NCBI GenBank assembly: GCA_963668675.2
Contig: CAXXMB010000001.1
Span: 896,001 to 960,000 of the forward strand
DNA length: 64,000 bases
Reading direction: 5' to 3'
Source: an uncultured Desulfatitalea sp.
GTDB lineage: Bacteria > Desulfobacterota > Desulfobacteria > Desulfobacterales > Desulfosarcinaceae
The notes below the pieces were generated by a model, which saw nothing but the letters and a program-made list of their open reading frames with translations, did no database searches and was not told where the DNA came from. This document shows positions 49,724 through 58,315 of the stretch, piece after piece (position 1 is the stretch's first letter; each line of letters starts with the position of its first letter). A program made the position numbers and the translations under genes.

Positions 49724-49760
49724 GATATATCTTTCTATCGCAAGTGGGAGGGTTAACTGA

Positions 49761-49774
49761 TTGATACCTATCAA
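49761..49774. promoter_or_regulatory. FNR-type box (or overlapping IHF site)
   Basis: TTGAT-ACCT-ATCAA. Confidence 0.45.
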
Positions 49775-49795
49775 GATATGTATAAATATGATGAC

Positions 49796-49811
49796 TGGCA
49801 TCCGGATTGCA
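49796..49811 (+). promoter_or_regulatory. sigma54 promoter for the tusA-like/dsrE/reductase/DUF1638 operon
   Basis: TGGCATCCGGATTGCA. Confidence 0.85.
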
Positions 49812-49877
49812 ATTGCTTTAAGCAGACTATTTCGATAACGATGTCGGCGCTAAAACGTCTGTATACGGCTGAGACTT

Positions 49878-50114
49878 ATGGTAACTTTTGATTTGCGAGA
49901 AACGATCATACCCTTTTCCATGCTGCAGATCTGCAATTACTTCAAGCAGATGAAAACAGGTGACGTGATCGAAATCATCAGCTTTGATGCCGGCATAGAG
50001 AAGGAGCTTAAGTGCATCCTGCCGGAATCGGCTTGCGAGACCACCTTCAAGCCCCTGCCAACCACAGAACGAATCGAATACTGTATCTATCTTCGCAAAA
50101 TCATTAACTGTTAA
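49878..50114 (+). CDS. TusA/SirA-like small protein lacking the CPxP cysteine
   Basis: FDLRETIIPFS...MKTGDVIEII...YCIYLRK follows the TusA pattern; no clear RBS. Confidence 0.55.
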   Translation: MVTFDLRETIIPFSMLQICNYFKQMKTGDVIEIISFDAGIEKELKCILPESACETTFKPLPTTERIEYCIYLRKIINC

Positions 50115-50125
50115 AAGGAGCAAAA

Positions 50126-50485
50126 ATGAACGAAAAAGTACTTGTTCTGCTTTCTTGTGGTACGAACAACACCAACCGTTCCACACGCGGCATTCACCTG
50201 GCGACGATCGCCCACAAGGAGGGCAAGGATGTGACCATGTTTCTTCTGGATGAAGCGGTTTATCTGGCCCGGGAGGGCATCATCGAACATGTCCGCGCAG
50301 CTACTGGTGATATTGCCGACGACCTGCTGACCTACCTGCAGGCCAATGAGGTGCCTATTCTGGTATGCACTCCCTGCGCAAAAGCAAGAAAGATAAAAGA
50401 GAGCGAATTGATTGAAGGCGCCCGTATGGCGCCGGCATCGGAAATGATTCACAAGGCATGCGAAAGCACAGTGATCAGTCTCTAA
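50126..50485 (+). CDS. DsrE-family sulfur carrier/peroxiredoxin-like protein
   Basis: VTMFLLDEAV; VCTPCAKAR; AAGGAG RBS. Confidence 0.85.
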   Translation: MNEKVLVLLSCGTNNTNRSTRGIHLATIAHKEGKDVTMFLLDEAVYLAREGIIEHVRAATGDIADDLLTYLQANEVPILVCTPCAKARKIKESELIEGARMAPASEMIHKACESTVISL

Positions 50486-50504
50486 GAACCAGAAAGGAAA
50501 TATA

Positions 50505-52208
50505 ATGGCACTCAAAGTACTTGTTGTCGGCGCGGTTGCGCTTGGCCCCAAAGTGGCCTGTCGCCTGAAACGACTGATGCCTTCGGCCGACATTACCATG
50601 ATTGAAAAAGAGGGGCAGTTCTCTTACGGCGGTTGCGGCATTCCCTACTTTGTCAGCGGCGATGTGCCCAACATCGAGGGCTTATGCTCAACGAGCTCGC
50701 ACGCCTTGCGCGACGGCGTCTTCTTTAAAAAAGCAAAAGGCATCACCATTCGCTCAAAAACCGAAGCCGTGGCCATTGATCGGAAAAACAAGCTATTAAC
50801 GGTGAGGGATTTGGAGACCGACACCACCAGCGACCTACCCTATGACAAGTTGGTACTGGCCACCGGGGCCACCCCGGTCGTACCACCGATCCAAGGCGCC
50901 GATCTTCCCGGAGTCAGCGTGGTTTCAAACCTCGAGCATGCCATGCGCATCAAGGATCGTATCGCCAAGGGCACGGTTAACCGGGCGGTGGTCATCGGCG
51001 CCGGCGCCATCGGCCTTGAAATGGCCGAGGCTCTATCGGATATGTGGGAGGTGGATACCACCCTGGTCGAGATGGCCGACCAGCTGTTGCCCCAGGCCAT
51101 CGGACCCGACATGAGTGTTTTGGTCCAGAAGCATATGGAATCAAAAGGCGTCCACATTCGCCTCTCGGATGTGGTGACCGAGATCGAAGGCGATCCCGAG
51201 ACGGGCGTGGTTGCAGTGAAAACCAAAAAGACCCGAATACCGTGCGATATGGTGATCCTGGCTGTGGGCGTCCGTCCCAACGGCCGATTGGCCGCCGAAG
51301 CCGGGCTCTCCACTGGCAGCTTCGGTGGCATCGTCGTAGACAAGTGCCTGAGAACCTCGGACCCCGACATCTACGCCGGAGGGGATTGCATCGAAATGGT
51401 ACACCTGGTGAGCGGTTTCCAAGTGCCGATGCCGCTAGGCTCTCTGGCCAACCGGCAGGGGCGTGTGATCGGCTCCAACATCGCCGGGGTCCACTCCCAG
51501 TTTAACGGCACGGTGGGCAGTTTTTGCATCAAGGTGTTCGACATGGGCGTGGCCACTGCGGGCCTCACCTGCCAGCAGGCAGAAGCGGCCGGATTCGAAC
51601 CGGTTCATTCCCTGGTGGCCCAGGCGGACAGGGCCCACTTCTACCCGACTCATGCCCTGATGTATGTCAAACTGATTGCAGATCGGAAGAGCCGCAGGGT
51701 GCTTGGTGTCGAAGCGGTCGGCCCCAACGGAGATGCAGTTAAGGCACGCGTGGATGCCGTGGCGGCACTTCTGCCCTACGCCGTGGATGTATCGACCATC
51801 TCGAATCTCGAAGTGGCATACGCACCGCCGTATGCTTCGGCAATGGATATCATCAACAACGCTGCCAATGTTCTCGACAACATCATGATGGGATATAACG
51901 CGCCCATCGATGTCAGCTCCTTTATCGCCGATTTCAATGCAGAAAAGACAACGGTGCTCGACGTTCGCGGCCAGGCCGAATCGAAACCGTTTCGGGAAAA
52001 GTACGGGGAGCGATGGATCAACATTCCCCAGCCTGAGTTGGCAGAGAGGCTCGCCGAGTTGCCCAAAGAGGAAGCGATGTGCCTGATCTGCGACACCGGC
52101 CCGCGCTCTTACGAAGCGCAGCTGCTGCTGCGCTCTCACGGTATCAGCAACACCAAAAACATTCAGGGGGGATACGGCATGCTCCGCAGCTCCAACCCCG
52201 ATTTTTAA
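50505..52208 (+). CDS. CoA-disulfide/persulfide reductase with a C-terminal rhodanese domain (Npsr/CoADR-RHD)
   Basis: SYGGCGIPY; GAGAIGLE; YAPPY; rhodanese LDVR...CDTGPRS. Confidence 0.9.
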   Translation: MALKVLVVGAVALGPKVACRLKRLMPSADITMIEKEGQFSYGGCGIPYFVSGDVPNIEGLCSTSSHALRDGVFFKKAKGITIRSKTEAVAIDRKNKLLTVRDLETDTTSDLPYDKLVLATGATPVVPPIQGADLPGVSVVSNLEHAMRIKDRIAKGTVNRAVVIGAGAIGLEMAEALSDMWEVDTTLVEMADQLLPQAIGPDMSVLVQKHMESKGVHIRLSDVVTEIEGDPETGVVAVKTKKTRIPCDMVILAVGVRPNGRLAAEAGLSTGSFGGIVVDKCLRTSDPDIYAGGDCIEMVHLVSGFQVPMPLGSLANRQGRVIGSNIAGVHSQFNGTVGSFCIKVFDMGVATAGLTCQQAEAAGFEPVHSLVAQADRAHFYPTHALMYVKLIADRKSRRVLGVEAVGPNGDAVKARVDAVAALLPYAVDVSTISNLEVAYAPPYASAMDIINNAANVLDNIMMGYNAPIDVSSFIADFNAEKTTVLDVRGQAESKPFREKYGERWINIPQPELAERLAELPKEEAMCLICDTGPRSYEAQLLLRSHGISNTKNIQGGYGMLRSSNPDF

Positions 52209-52227
52209 GGAGCCCATCGCCCCATAC

Positions 52228-52259
52228 GCATCCTCCCCTCTTTCCGGAAGGGAGGATGC
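52228..52259 (+). other. Intercistronic hairpin
   Basis: GCATCCTCCC...GGGAGGATGC, 10-bp stem. Confidence 0.5.
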
Positions 52260-52295
52260 ATCACCCAACCGATCGGAACATAAGGAGACAACGCC

Positions 52296-52949
52296 ATGCA
52301 GGACGTATCATTTTCCGATATCTCCATCGTCTCTTGCGGCACCATGAGCCTTGAGCTGAACACCTTGAAAAAGGAAGGCTTTCTGGATACCCCGCAACTT
52401 CTTTTTACAACCCCCGGACTTCATCAGGATATTCCCCAGCTGGAGAGCCAACTGCTGCGTCGGATTCAAAAGGCCAAAGAGAAGACAGAAAAGGTCATTG
52501 TCGTTTACGGCGGAAAATTTTGCTATGTGAACATCGATGAGCCCACGCGGCTGATGAAGCACATCATTGAGGAGCAGGGGCCGACCGTCGCCAGAATCGA
52601 TGCAACCCACTGCATGGACATGATTGCCAGTGAAGAGGAACGCAATCAGATTGCAAAAGAGTTGGCGGGTGACGAGCCGGTCTGGTGGATGACACCCGGA
52701 TGGATCAAGTTTAAAAAAGAGGTGTTCAAAGGATGGGACAAGGCCCTGGCCAACGAAAACTTCCCCAAGCACACGGGCGGAGCGATCGTCCTGGACGGCG
52801 TCGGTTACATGGACCAATTTATGGAAACAGATCCTGAGGGGTTTCTAGAATATTCTGATTGGATGGGGATACCCCTCATTCCCCATACAGTAACCCTTGA
52901 GCGCTTCAAGGGCCTGCTTGCGGATCAGGCTCAAAAGCTGATGGGGTGA
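52296..52949 (+). CDS. DUF1638-family protein
   Basis: SCG, PGLH, YGGKFC, HCMD, WMTPGW pattern; AAGGAG RBS. Confidence 0.75.
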   Translation: MQDVSFSDISIVSCGTMSLELNTLKKEGFLDTPQLLFTTPGLHQDIPQLESQLLRRIQKAKEKTEKVIVVYGGKFCYVNIDEPTRLMKHIIEEQGPTVARIDATHCMDMIASEEERNQIAKELAGDEPVWWMTPGWIKFKKEVFKGWDKALANENFPKHTGGAIVLDGVGYMDQFMETDPEGFLEYSDWMGIPLIPHTVTLERFKGLLADQAQKLMG

Positions 52950-52958
52950 CCCGACGGA

Positions 52959-54365
52959 TCACCCATCCTTCTGAAGTGGAATATCCCACTTTTTCATATA
53001 CTTCCATATGGCCGTGCGGCTGAGGCCTGCTTGCCTGGCAACCTCGGCCTTGTTCCAATCGCACCTTTCCAGAAGGTGAACCAATTCATCTCTGGTTGGT
53101 TTTTTGCGGATCCTCGCACCCTGCGGCGCATCCTGGGGCGCCGGCTCGCAAACTTGCCCTGCTTCGGGTTGGCGAATCTCTATCGGCAGGTCGTCCATCT
53201 CTATTGTGCGCGGGTTGCAAAGCACAAAGGCGTGTTCGATGGCATTTTCCAACTCGCGCACATTGCCTGGCCATTGATGGTCCATGAGGCGCCGCATGGC
53301 GTCGTGCGACAAGTGATCCACGTGTTTACCCGTTTTTTGGTTCATTCGGCCAATAAAATGATTCACCAGCAATGGGATATCTTCTTTTCTTTCCCTCAAT
53401 GGAGGCATCTGAATGGGAAAAACCTTGAGTCGATAGTAGAGATCTTCCCGAAAATGACCGGTTTTTACATGGGCATACAAATCCTGATGTGTTGCAGCTA
53501 TCACACGAATATCGATTTTTTTCGATTTGGAATCCCCCACCCGTTGGATCTCTTTTTCTTGCAGCACGCGCAAGAGTTTAACCTGGATGTAGGGGCTAAG
53601 TTCCCCGATTTCATCTAAAAATATCGTACCGCCGTTAGCCTCTTCGAAGCGCCCGATACGATCCCTGTTGGCACCGGTGAAAGACCCGCGCATATGTCCG
53701 AAGAGTTCACTTTCGAGCAGTGTTTCTGCCAGGGCGCTGCAATTGACGGTCACCATCGGCTGCTCCCGTCTATCCCCGTTGAAGTGAATCGCACCGGCTA
53801 CCAACTCCTTGCCTGTTCCGCTCTCCCCTTGGATCAGAATCGTCGCTTCACTTGCGGCAGCAGCGGAAATCGCTGTAAAGACCCGTTGCATGGCATGTCC
53901 CTTGCCAATAATATTGTCCAGGCGATGCACTTCGCCTAGCCGCATGGCAGCTTCTTGTGCTTTTTTCCGGGCTTGATTCAATTCTGTCATGTCGGTAACC
54001 GTCTCTACAACTCCCAAAACGTTTCCATTCTCATCTTTCACGACGCCGGCATGTTTGATAACAGTGACGTCATGCCCATCCTTGTGACGGAGAAAACACT
54101 CCTTCGCTTCGGAGTATTCTTTCTCGGTGACACCGCATTTGCTGATGGCTGCCGGGCATTGCTTTCCAAAGCAGCGGCTGCACTGAAGCAGCTGACATGT
54201 TTTCCCCAATGCCTCCTTGGCAGTGTACCCGCTGATGCGCTCCATGGAAGGGTTCCAAGATGAGATTCGGCCATGGTCATCCATGGTGAATACACCATCG
54301 GCCATGGAATCGATGATCCGATTGACAAAGCGCACATTCCAGATCTCGTAGATTTTATCCTGCAT
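52959..54365 (-). CDS. PAS-domain sigma54-dependent activator
   Basis: Cys-rich [20 protein letters not shown]. Confidence 0.92.
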   Translation of the reverse strand: MQDKIYEIWNVRFVNRIIDSMADGVFTMDDHGRISSWNPSMERISGYTAKEALGKTCQLLQCSRCFGKQCPAAISKCGVTEKEYSEAKECFLRHKDGHDVTVIKHAGVVKDENGNVLGVVETVTDMTELNQARKKAQEAAMRLGEVHRLDNIIGKGHAMQRVFTAISAAAASEATILIQGESGTGKELVAGAIHFNGDRREQPMVTVNCSALAETLLESELFGHMRGSFTGANRDRIGRFEEANGGTIFLDEIGELSPYIQVKLLRVLQEKEIQRVGDSKSKKIDIRVIAATHQDLYAHVKTGHFREDLYYRLKVFPIQMPPLRERKEDIPLLVNHFIGRMNQKTGKHVDHLSHDAMRRLMDHQWPGNVRELENAIEHAFVLCNPRTIEMDDLPIEIRQPEAGQVCEPAPQDAPQGARIRKKPTRDELVHLLERCDWNKAEVARQAGLSRTAIWKYMKKWDIPLQKDG

Positions 54366-54385
54366 GAGTCGGCATGTCCTATATG

Positions 54386-54430
54386 TAAAAAGTTAACGTT
54401 AAGTTTACGTTAAATAACGTTAACTTTTTA
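54386..54430. promoter_or_regulatory. Perfect 16-bp inverted repeat (likely operator/UAS)
   Basis: TAAAAAGTTAACGTTA-N13-TAACGTTAACTTTTTA. Confidence 0.65.
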
Positions 54431-54505
54431 GTTACTCCATGAGCACTTAATTTGTCAAATTATTAATTTTATCATTATTACAATTGGTTAACTATATTCA
54501 TTCAA

Positions 54506-54521
54506 TGGCACAGAAATTGAT
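54506..54521 (+). promoter_or_regulatory. sigma54 promoter (variant -12)
   Basis: TGGCACAGAAATTGAT. Confidence 0.6.
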
Positions 54522-54649
54522 AATCAAAAATAGAAATAACCGTTCCAAAAAAGCGAATATTACCGAACAGTGATCGCTCATGCCACCCAGCGAAGTTGAA
54601 CAGCGACCAGAACAATAGAATGGCGAAAGTGCCTAAAAAGGAGATCAAA

Positions 54650-56287
54650 ATGTGGCGAATGCTTACGATACTGCAAAAAAATTTAGTTTGGTCGATACCG
54701 ATATCCATGCTGGCAGGGCTTTTCTATGGCTACTTCTTTAATGCCGCACCCCTGAAGCAATTCATCATCCCGGTGACGTTTGTCATGGTATACCCGATGA
54801 TGGTCACTCTTAATGTGAAAAGTGTCTTCAAGGGTGAAGATTACAAATTGCAACTGACCACCCAGGCGGTCAATTTCATCCTGATCCCGATACTTGCTTA
54901 CTATACCGGAAAAATCTTCTTCTCCTCCGGGATCGAGAAATATGCGCTATGGGCCGTAGGTCTGTTTTTAATCGGCGTTTTACCGACATCCGGAATGACC
55001 ATCTCCTGGACCGGCTTTGCCAAGGGAAACAAAGAAGCCGCCATTAAAATGGTGGTTTTCGGACTAATACTCGGCGCCGTAGCCGCCCCCGTCTATACGA
55101 AAGTGTTTATGGGAGCGACCATCGATGTGAACATGCTGCATATGTTCAAACAGATCGCCCTTTTTGTATTCGTCCCCTTGCTGATTGGGTTGTTGACCCA
55201 GTACATGGCAATAAGAAGATATGGTGTACAAGCCTGGAACGAGCGTATCAAACCCAAATTCCCTCCCTTTTCCGCTCTCGGCGTTACGTTAATCGCTTTT
55301 GTCGCGATGGCGCTGAAGGCCAAAAATATCATCGCCGCTCCAGGTGATATTATCTCCATCCTTCTTCCACTGGCGGTCTTCTACCTGGCGACGTACACGC
55401 TCCTGTCCATTGCCGGTCGTCTGTTTTTCAAAAGAGAGGATGCCATTGCCATGGTGTTTGGTGTGGTCATGCGTGACCTTTCCATTGCCTTGGCGATCGC
55501 TATGACCGCCTTTGGCAAACAAGGGATGACCATTGCTCTGTTGATCGCACTGGCCTATGTCATCCAGATCCAATCAGCAGCCTGGTACGTACGCCTTGTT
55601 GATACCATTTTTGGGAGATCAGCATCCAAGGGTGCAAGCGTTCCGAAATTCCTCATCAAAGTGCAGCCGGAACAGGAACCCCAAAAAATCGAACCCCTGC
55701 AAAAAGTGCAACGAGAACCGATCCCTGTCATCAACAAAATACTTTATGCGACGGACCTGTCACAAACAGCAAGACATGCCATCCGCTATGCTTGCGGCGT
55801 AGGACGCCGTTACGGTGCCGAGGTCACCGTACTGCATGTTATACCGGATCTTCTGGATGAATTTTCAAAAGGCGTTGGTATCGACTTGACCGATCATATA
55901 GGAAAAACCGAATGGGAAAGATTCAACCGAAATGGAATTGAAAAGGCGCAAAACGAAATCCATCGACGAATCCAGGAGACGAGTCAATTGGCAACCAAAC
56001 AGATGCCCGGATGCCCGTTATCCGCAGAAAATGTCAAAGTGTTAGTAGGCAACCCTGCTGAGCGGATTGTTTCTGAAAGCAACGAGGGCAATTTCGATCT
56101 GATCATTATGGGCACCCACGGACATGGGAAACTTGAAGATCGCATCATTGGCAGTATTGCGGCGGATGTGATTCGACAGAGCGAAGTACCGGTGATGGTC
56201 GTTCGGTTGCCCCAAAACAGCAAGCTCGAATTTCCTGCAAACGAAACGACTCCGGAAGAAGAAATCGCCATTCAAAAGCAGGCATAG
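54650..56287 (+). CDS. Acr3/BART-family transporter fused to a universal stress protein domain
   Basis: MVYPMM, LPTSGMTISWT, MRDLSIALA; USP KILYATDLS...DLIIMGTHG...IGSIAADVIR; ATG at 54650 follows AAGGAG. Confidence 0.85.
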   Translation: MWRMLTILQKNLVWSIPISMLAGLFYGYFFNAAPLKQFIIPVTFVMVYPMMVTLNVKSVFKGEDYKLQLTTQAVNFILIPILAYYTGKIFFSSGIEKYALWAVGLFLIGVLPTSGMTISWTGFAKGNKEAAIKMVVFGLILGAVAAPVYTKVFMGATIDVNMLHMFKQIALFVFVPLLIGLLTQYMAIRRYGVQAWNERIKPKFPPFSALGVTLIAFVAMALKAKNIIAAPGDIISILLPLAVFYLATYTLLSIAGRLFFKREDAIAMVFGVVMRDLSIALAIAMTAFGKQGMTIALLIALAYVIQIQSAAWYVRLVDTIFGRSASKGASVPKFLIKVQPEQEPQKIEPLQKVQREPIPVINKILYATDLSQTARHAIRYACGVGRRYGAEVTVLHVIPDLLDEFSKGVGIDLTDHIGKTEWERFNRNGIEKAQNEIHRRIQETSQLATKQMPGCPLSAENVKVLVGNPAERIVSESNEGNFDLIIMGTHGHGKLEDRIIGSIAADVIRQSEVPVMVVRLPQNSKLEFPANETTPEEEIAIQKQA

Positions 56288-56394
56288 CCAAAAGTAGAGA
56301 GTAACCGTAGTAATGACAAGTGGGTGAGATCTGTTTTAGATCAGACAGCATTAGCACAATAGTAACCACAATAACCCAAAGAAAGGAGATCATT

Positions 56395-56712
56395 ATGAAG
56401 GCAAGAAACTGTTGCAAAACGATGGAGATGGAGCTTACCGGTTGGAAAGCCATCATCTATGACATCACAAGAAAGATGGAAGCACTGCCGGGAAAAGACA
56501 AGTCTAAAATACTTCCGAACATCGAAGACATGCACATGCTGATTTCTGAATTGGATGATCGAATCGATCAAATTCGGGACAACTGCACACCGGAAACGGG
56601 TATTGCGGACATTCAATCTGAAAGGGACGCCTATAACAAATCCCTGAGCACCTTGCGCGTAACAGCCGAAGAAGCGATGCGCGGACTGGGCTCGGGAAAT
56701 TTTGGCGGATAA
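56395..56712 (+). CDS. Small helical hypothetical protein
   Basis: AAGGAG RBS; MKARNCCKTMEMELTGWKA... Confidence 0.75.
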   Translation: MKARNCCKTMEMELTGWKAIIYDITRKMEALPGKDKSKILPNIEDMHMLISELDDRIDQIRDNCTPETGIADIQSERDAYNKSLSTLRVTAEEAMRGLGSGNFGG

Positions 56713-56745
56713 GCACAGGAGTGGATCTTGACAGCATGTCAGAGG

Positions 56746-56770
56746 AGCGGCAAGCATTAAGCTTGCCGCT
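56746..56770. terminator. Hairpin, possible terminator
   Basis: AGCGGCAAGC-ATTAA-GCTTGCCGCT. Confidence 0.45.
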
Positions 56771-56811
56771 ATTCACCTGCCAATCGAACAGGCATTTGCG
56801 GGAGCGGCACT

Positions 56812-57162
56812 ATGGGGAATAACGATTTTACTTCTAGAAAAGATTTTGAAGGCAGTATCTCGCGGGGCATCACGGTGGTCGATTTCAATGCATCCTGGTG
56901 CGGCCCCTGCAAGGCCCAGGAGCCCATCATCAACGAGTTGGGGAGAACCTACGATGGGGAAGTGACCGTTTCGAAAGTCGATATCGACGCGCATCGTGAC
57001 CTCGCGCTATGGCTCGGCATCCAGAGCATCCCGACCATAATTATATTTAACGCAGGTGAGGAGGTTCATCGTTTCATCGGCGTGCAGACGTCGGCGACGC
57101 TTGAGAAGGCAGTCAATGCGCTTCTGCAAAACGATGAATCGTTCGCATCGCCTCTTCGCTGA
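56812..57162 (+). CDS. Thioredoxin
   Basis: WCGPC active site; cis-Pro SIPT. Confidence 0.92.
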   Translation: MGNNDFTSRKDFEGSISRGITVVDFNASWCGPCKAQEPIINELGRTYDGEVTVSKVDIDAHRDLALWLGIQSIPTIIIFNAGEEVHRFIGVQTSATLEKAVNALLQNDESFASPLR

Positions 57163-58132
57163 ACTTCTTCCGCAAATGGATGTGCACGGAATACTCATCC
57201 AACGGGTGGGACTGGACGCCTTGGACAATTCCGGTCAAGGCCGCTTCTTTGCGCTTGCCACCCACCATCAACTTGAACCGAACCCCGATGCTTCTTCCGA
57301 CGAGACGCCGCACCGCCTGGCGGTTCTTGGATTGGAAATAGAACGACAACCCGCACTTTGAGATATCCCACAATTCGCCCGACACCGGACGCGACATCGA
57401 TTTACCCTGGCCCGAATCCAACACCTGAAATTTTACCGGTGTGCTCAAGTTGATCCGCTTGTATGAACGTCTGTCCATTCCCTTTTTGCGAAGCCAGGTA
57501 TAGATCCTGCTCCCTGTCCCGCAAATTTTTCTAAGGCGCTGCTCGATCTGCGGGTACTGGATCATGATGCCTTCGAGCCGTTCCCTTTCAATAAAGCACA
57601 GCTTTGTATCCGTCAGCGTGGAGACGGATGCCGTGCAGACATTGATCGAAAAAAAGGTATCCTCCCCTACCACGTCACCGCTGCCAATGGTCTGAATAAG
57701 CTGTTGCTTGTCCTCTCTCTCATGGACGACCTTTAATCGCCCCTTCTCCACGAGATAGAGGCAGTCGTTGCGATCACCCTGTTTGAGAAGGGTGCTGTCT
57801 TCCGGAATGCGCTTCTCTTTCAGCGCGAAAAAGAGCGCGTTGGCCTCATCTGTAGGCAGCTCCTCGAAGAACCGCGCCCAGAGCCTCCTGCGTCCCGGCG
57901 TCAGTGCCTTTCCCTTTTCGGCCTCGATGATCTGGTTCATTCTCACGATATCCGAAAGGGCCATGCTGTCCACTTCGTACAGCTGGTCCCGATAGGACTC
58001 GGCCCTTTCGAACTCCTGGTTCCGCGCACAGATATCCACCAGCTTGGACAACAGTTTCACGGCTTGCTCGATCTGTCCGTTCTCTATGAATCGATTTAAG
58101 CGAGCTTCCTGCTCTTCAATCGTCGTCGACAT
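57113..58132 (-). CDS. Cyclic-nucleotide-binding + PilZ domain protein
   Basis: cNMP barrel (LLKQGD, LYLVEKGRL, GDVVGE); PilZ motifs RRSYKR and DISKCG. Confidence 0.8.
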   Translation of the reverse strand: MSTTIEEQEARLNRFIENGQIEQAVKLLSKLVDICARNQEFERAESYRDQLYEVDSMALSDIVRMNQIIEAEKGKALTPGRRRLWARFFEELPTDEANALFFALKEKRIPEDSTLLKQGDRNDCLYLVEKGRLKVVHEREDKQQLIQTIGSGDVVGEDTFFSINVCTASVSTLTDTKLCFIERERLEGIMIQYPQIEQRLRKICGTGSRIYTWLRKKGMDRRSYKRINLSTPVKFQVLDSGQGKSMSRPVSGELWDISKCGLSFYFQSKNRQAVRRLVGRSIGVRFKLMVGGKRKEAALTGIVQGVQSHPLDEYSVHIHLRKKFSEEAMRTIHRFAEAH

Positions 58133-58315
58133 ACGCTAACCTCTGCCGAAATATCGGCTCCTTCTCCGGTGTTCCGGATCCCCCGGCCTAAACGGGGGCC
58201 ACGATTACTGCACACGATGGATAACGGGCAAATGGATCTGTAATGGTATCGGACCATTTGGGCAGTATCTTGAGGGCTCAAATCCAAAAAACCTCATGTA
58301 CGAATCAACCAAGCT

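Noticed and set aside
47065..56287. Arsenic-resistance operon
   Set aside because: The transporters lack the Acr3 cysteine and no arsR, arsC or arsM is present
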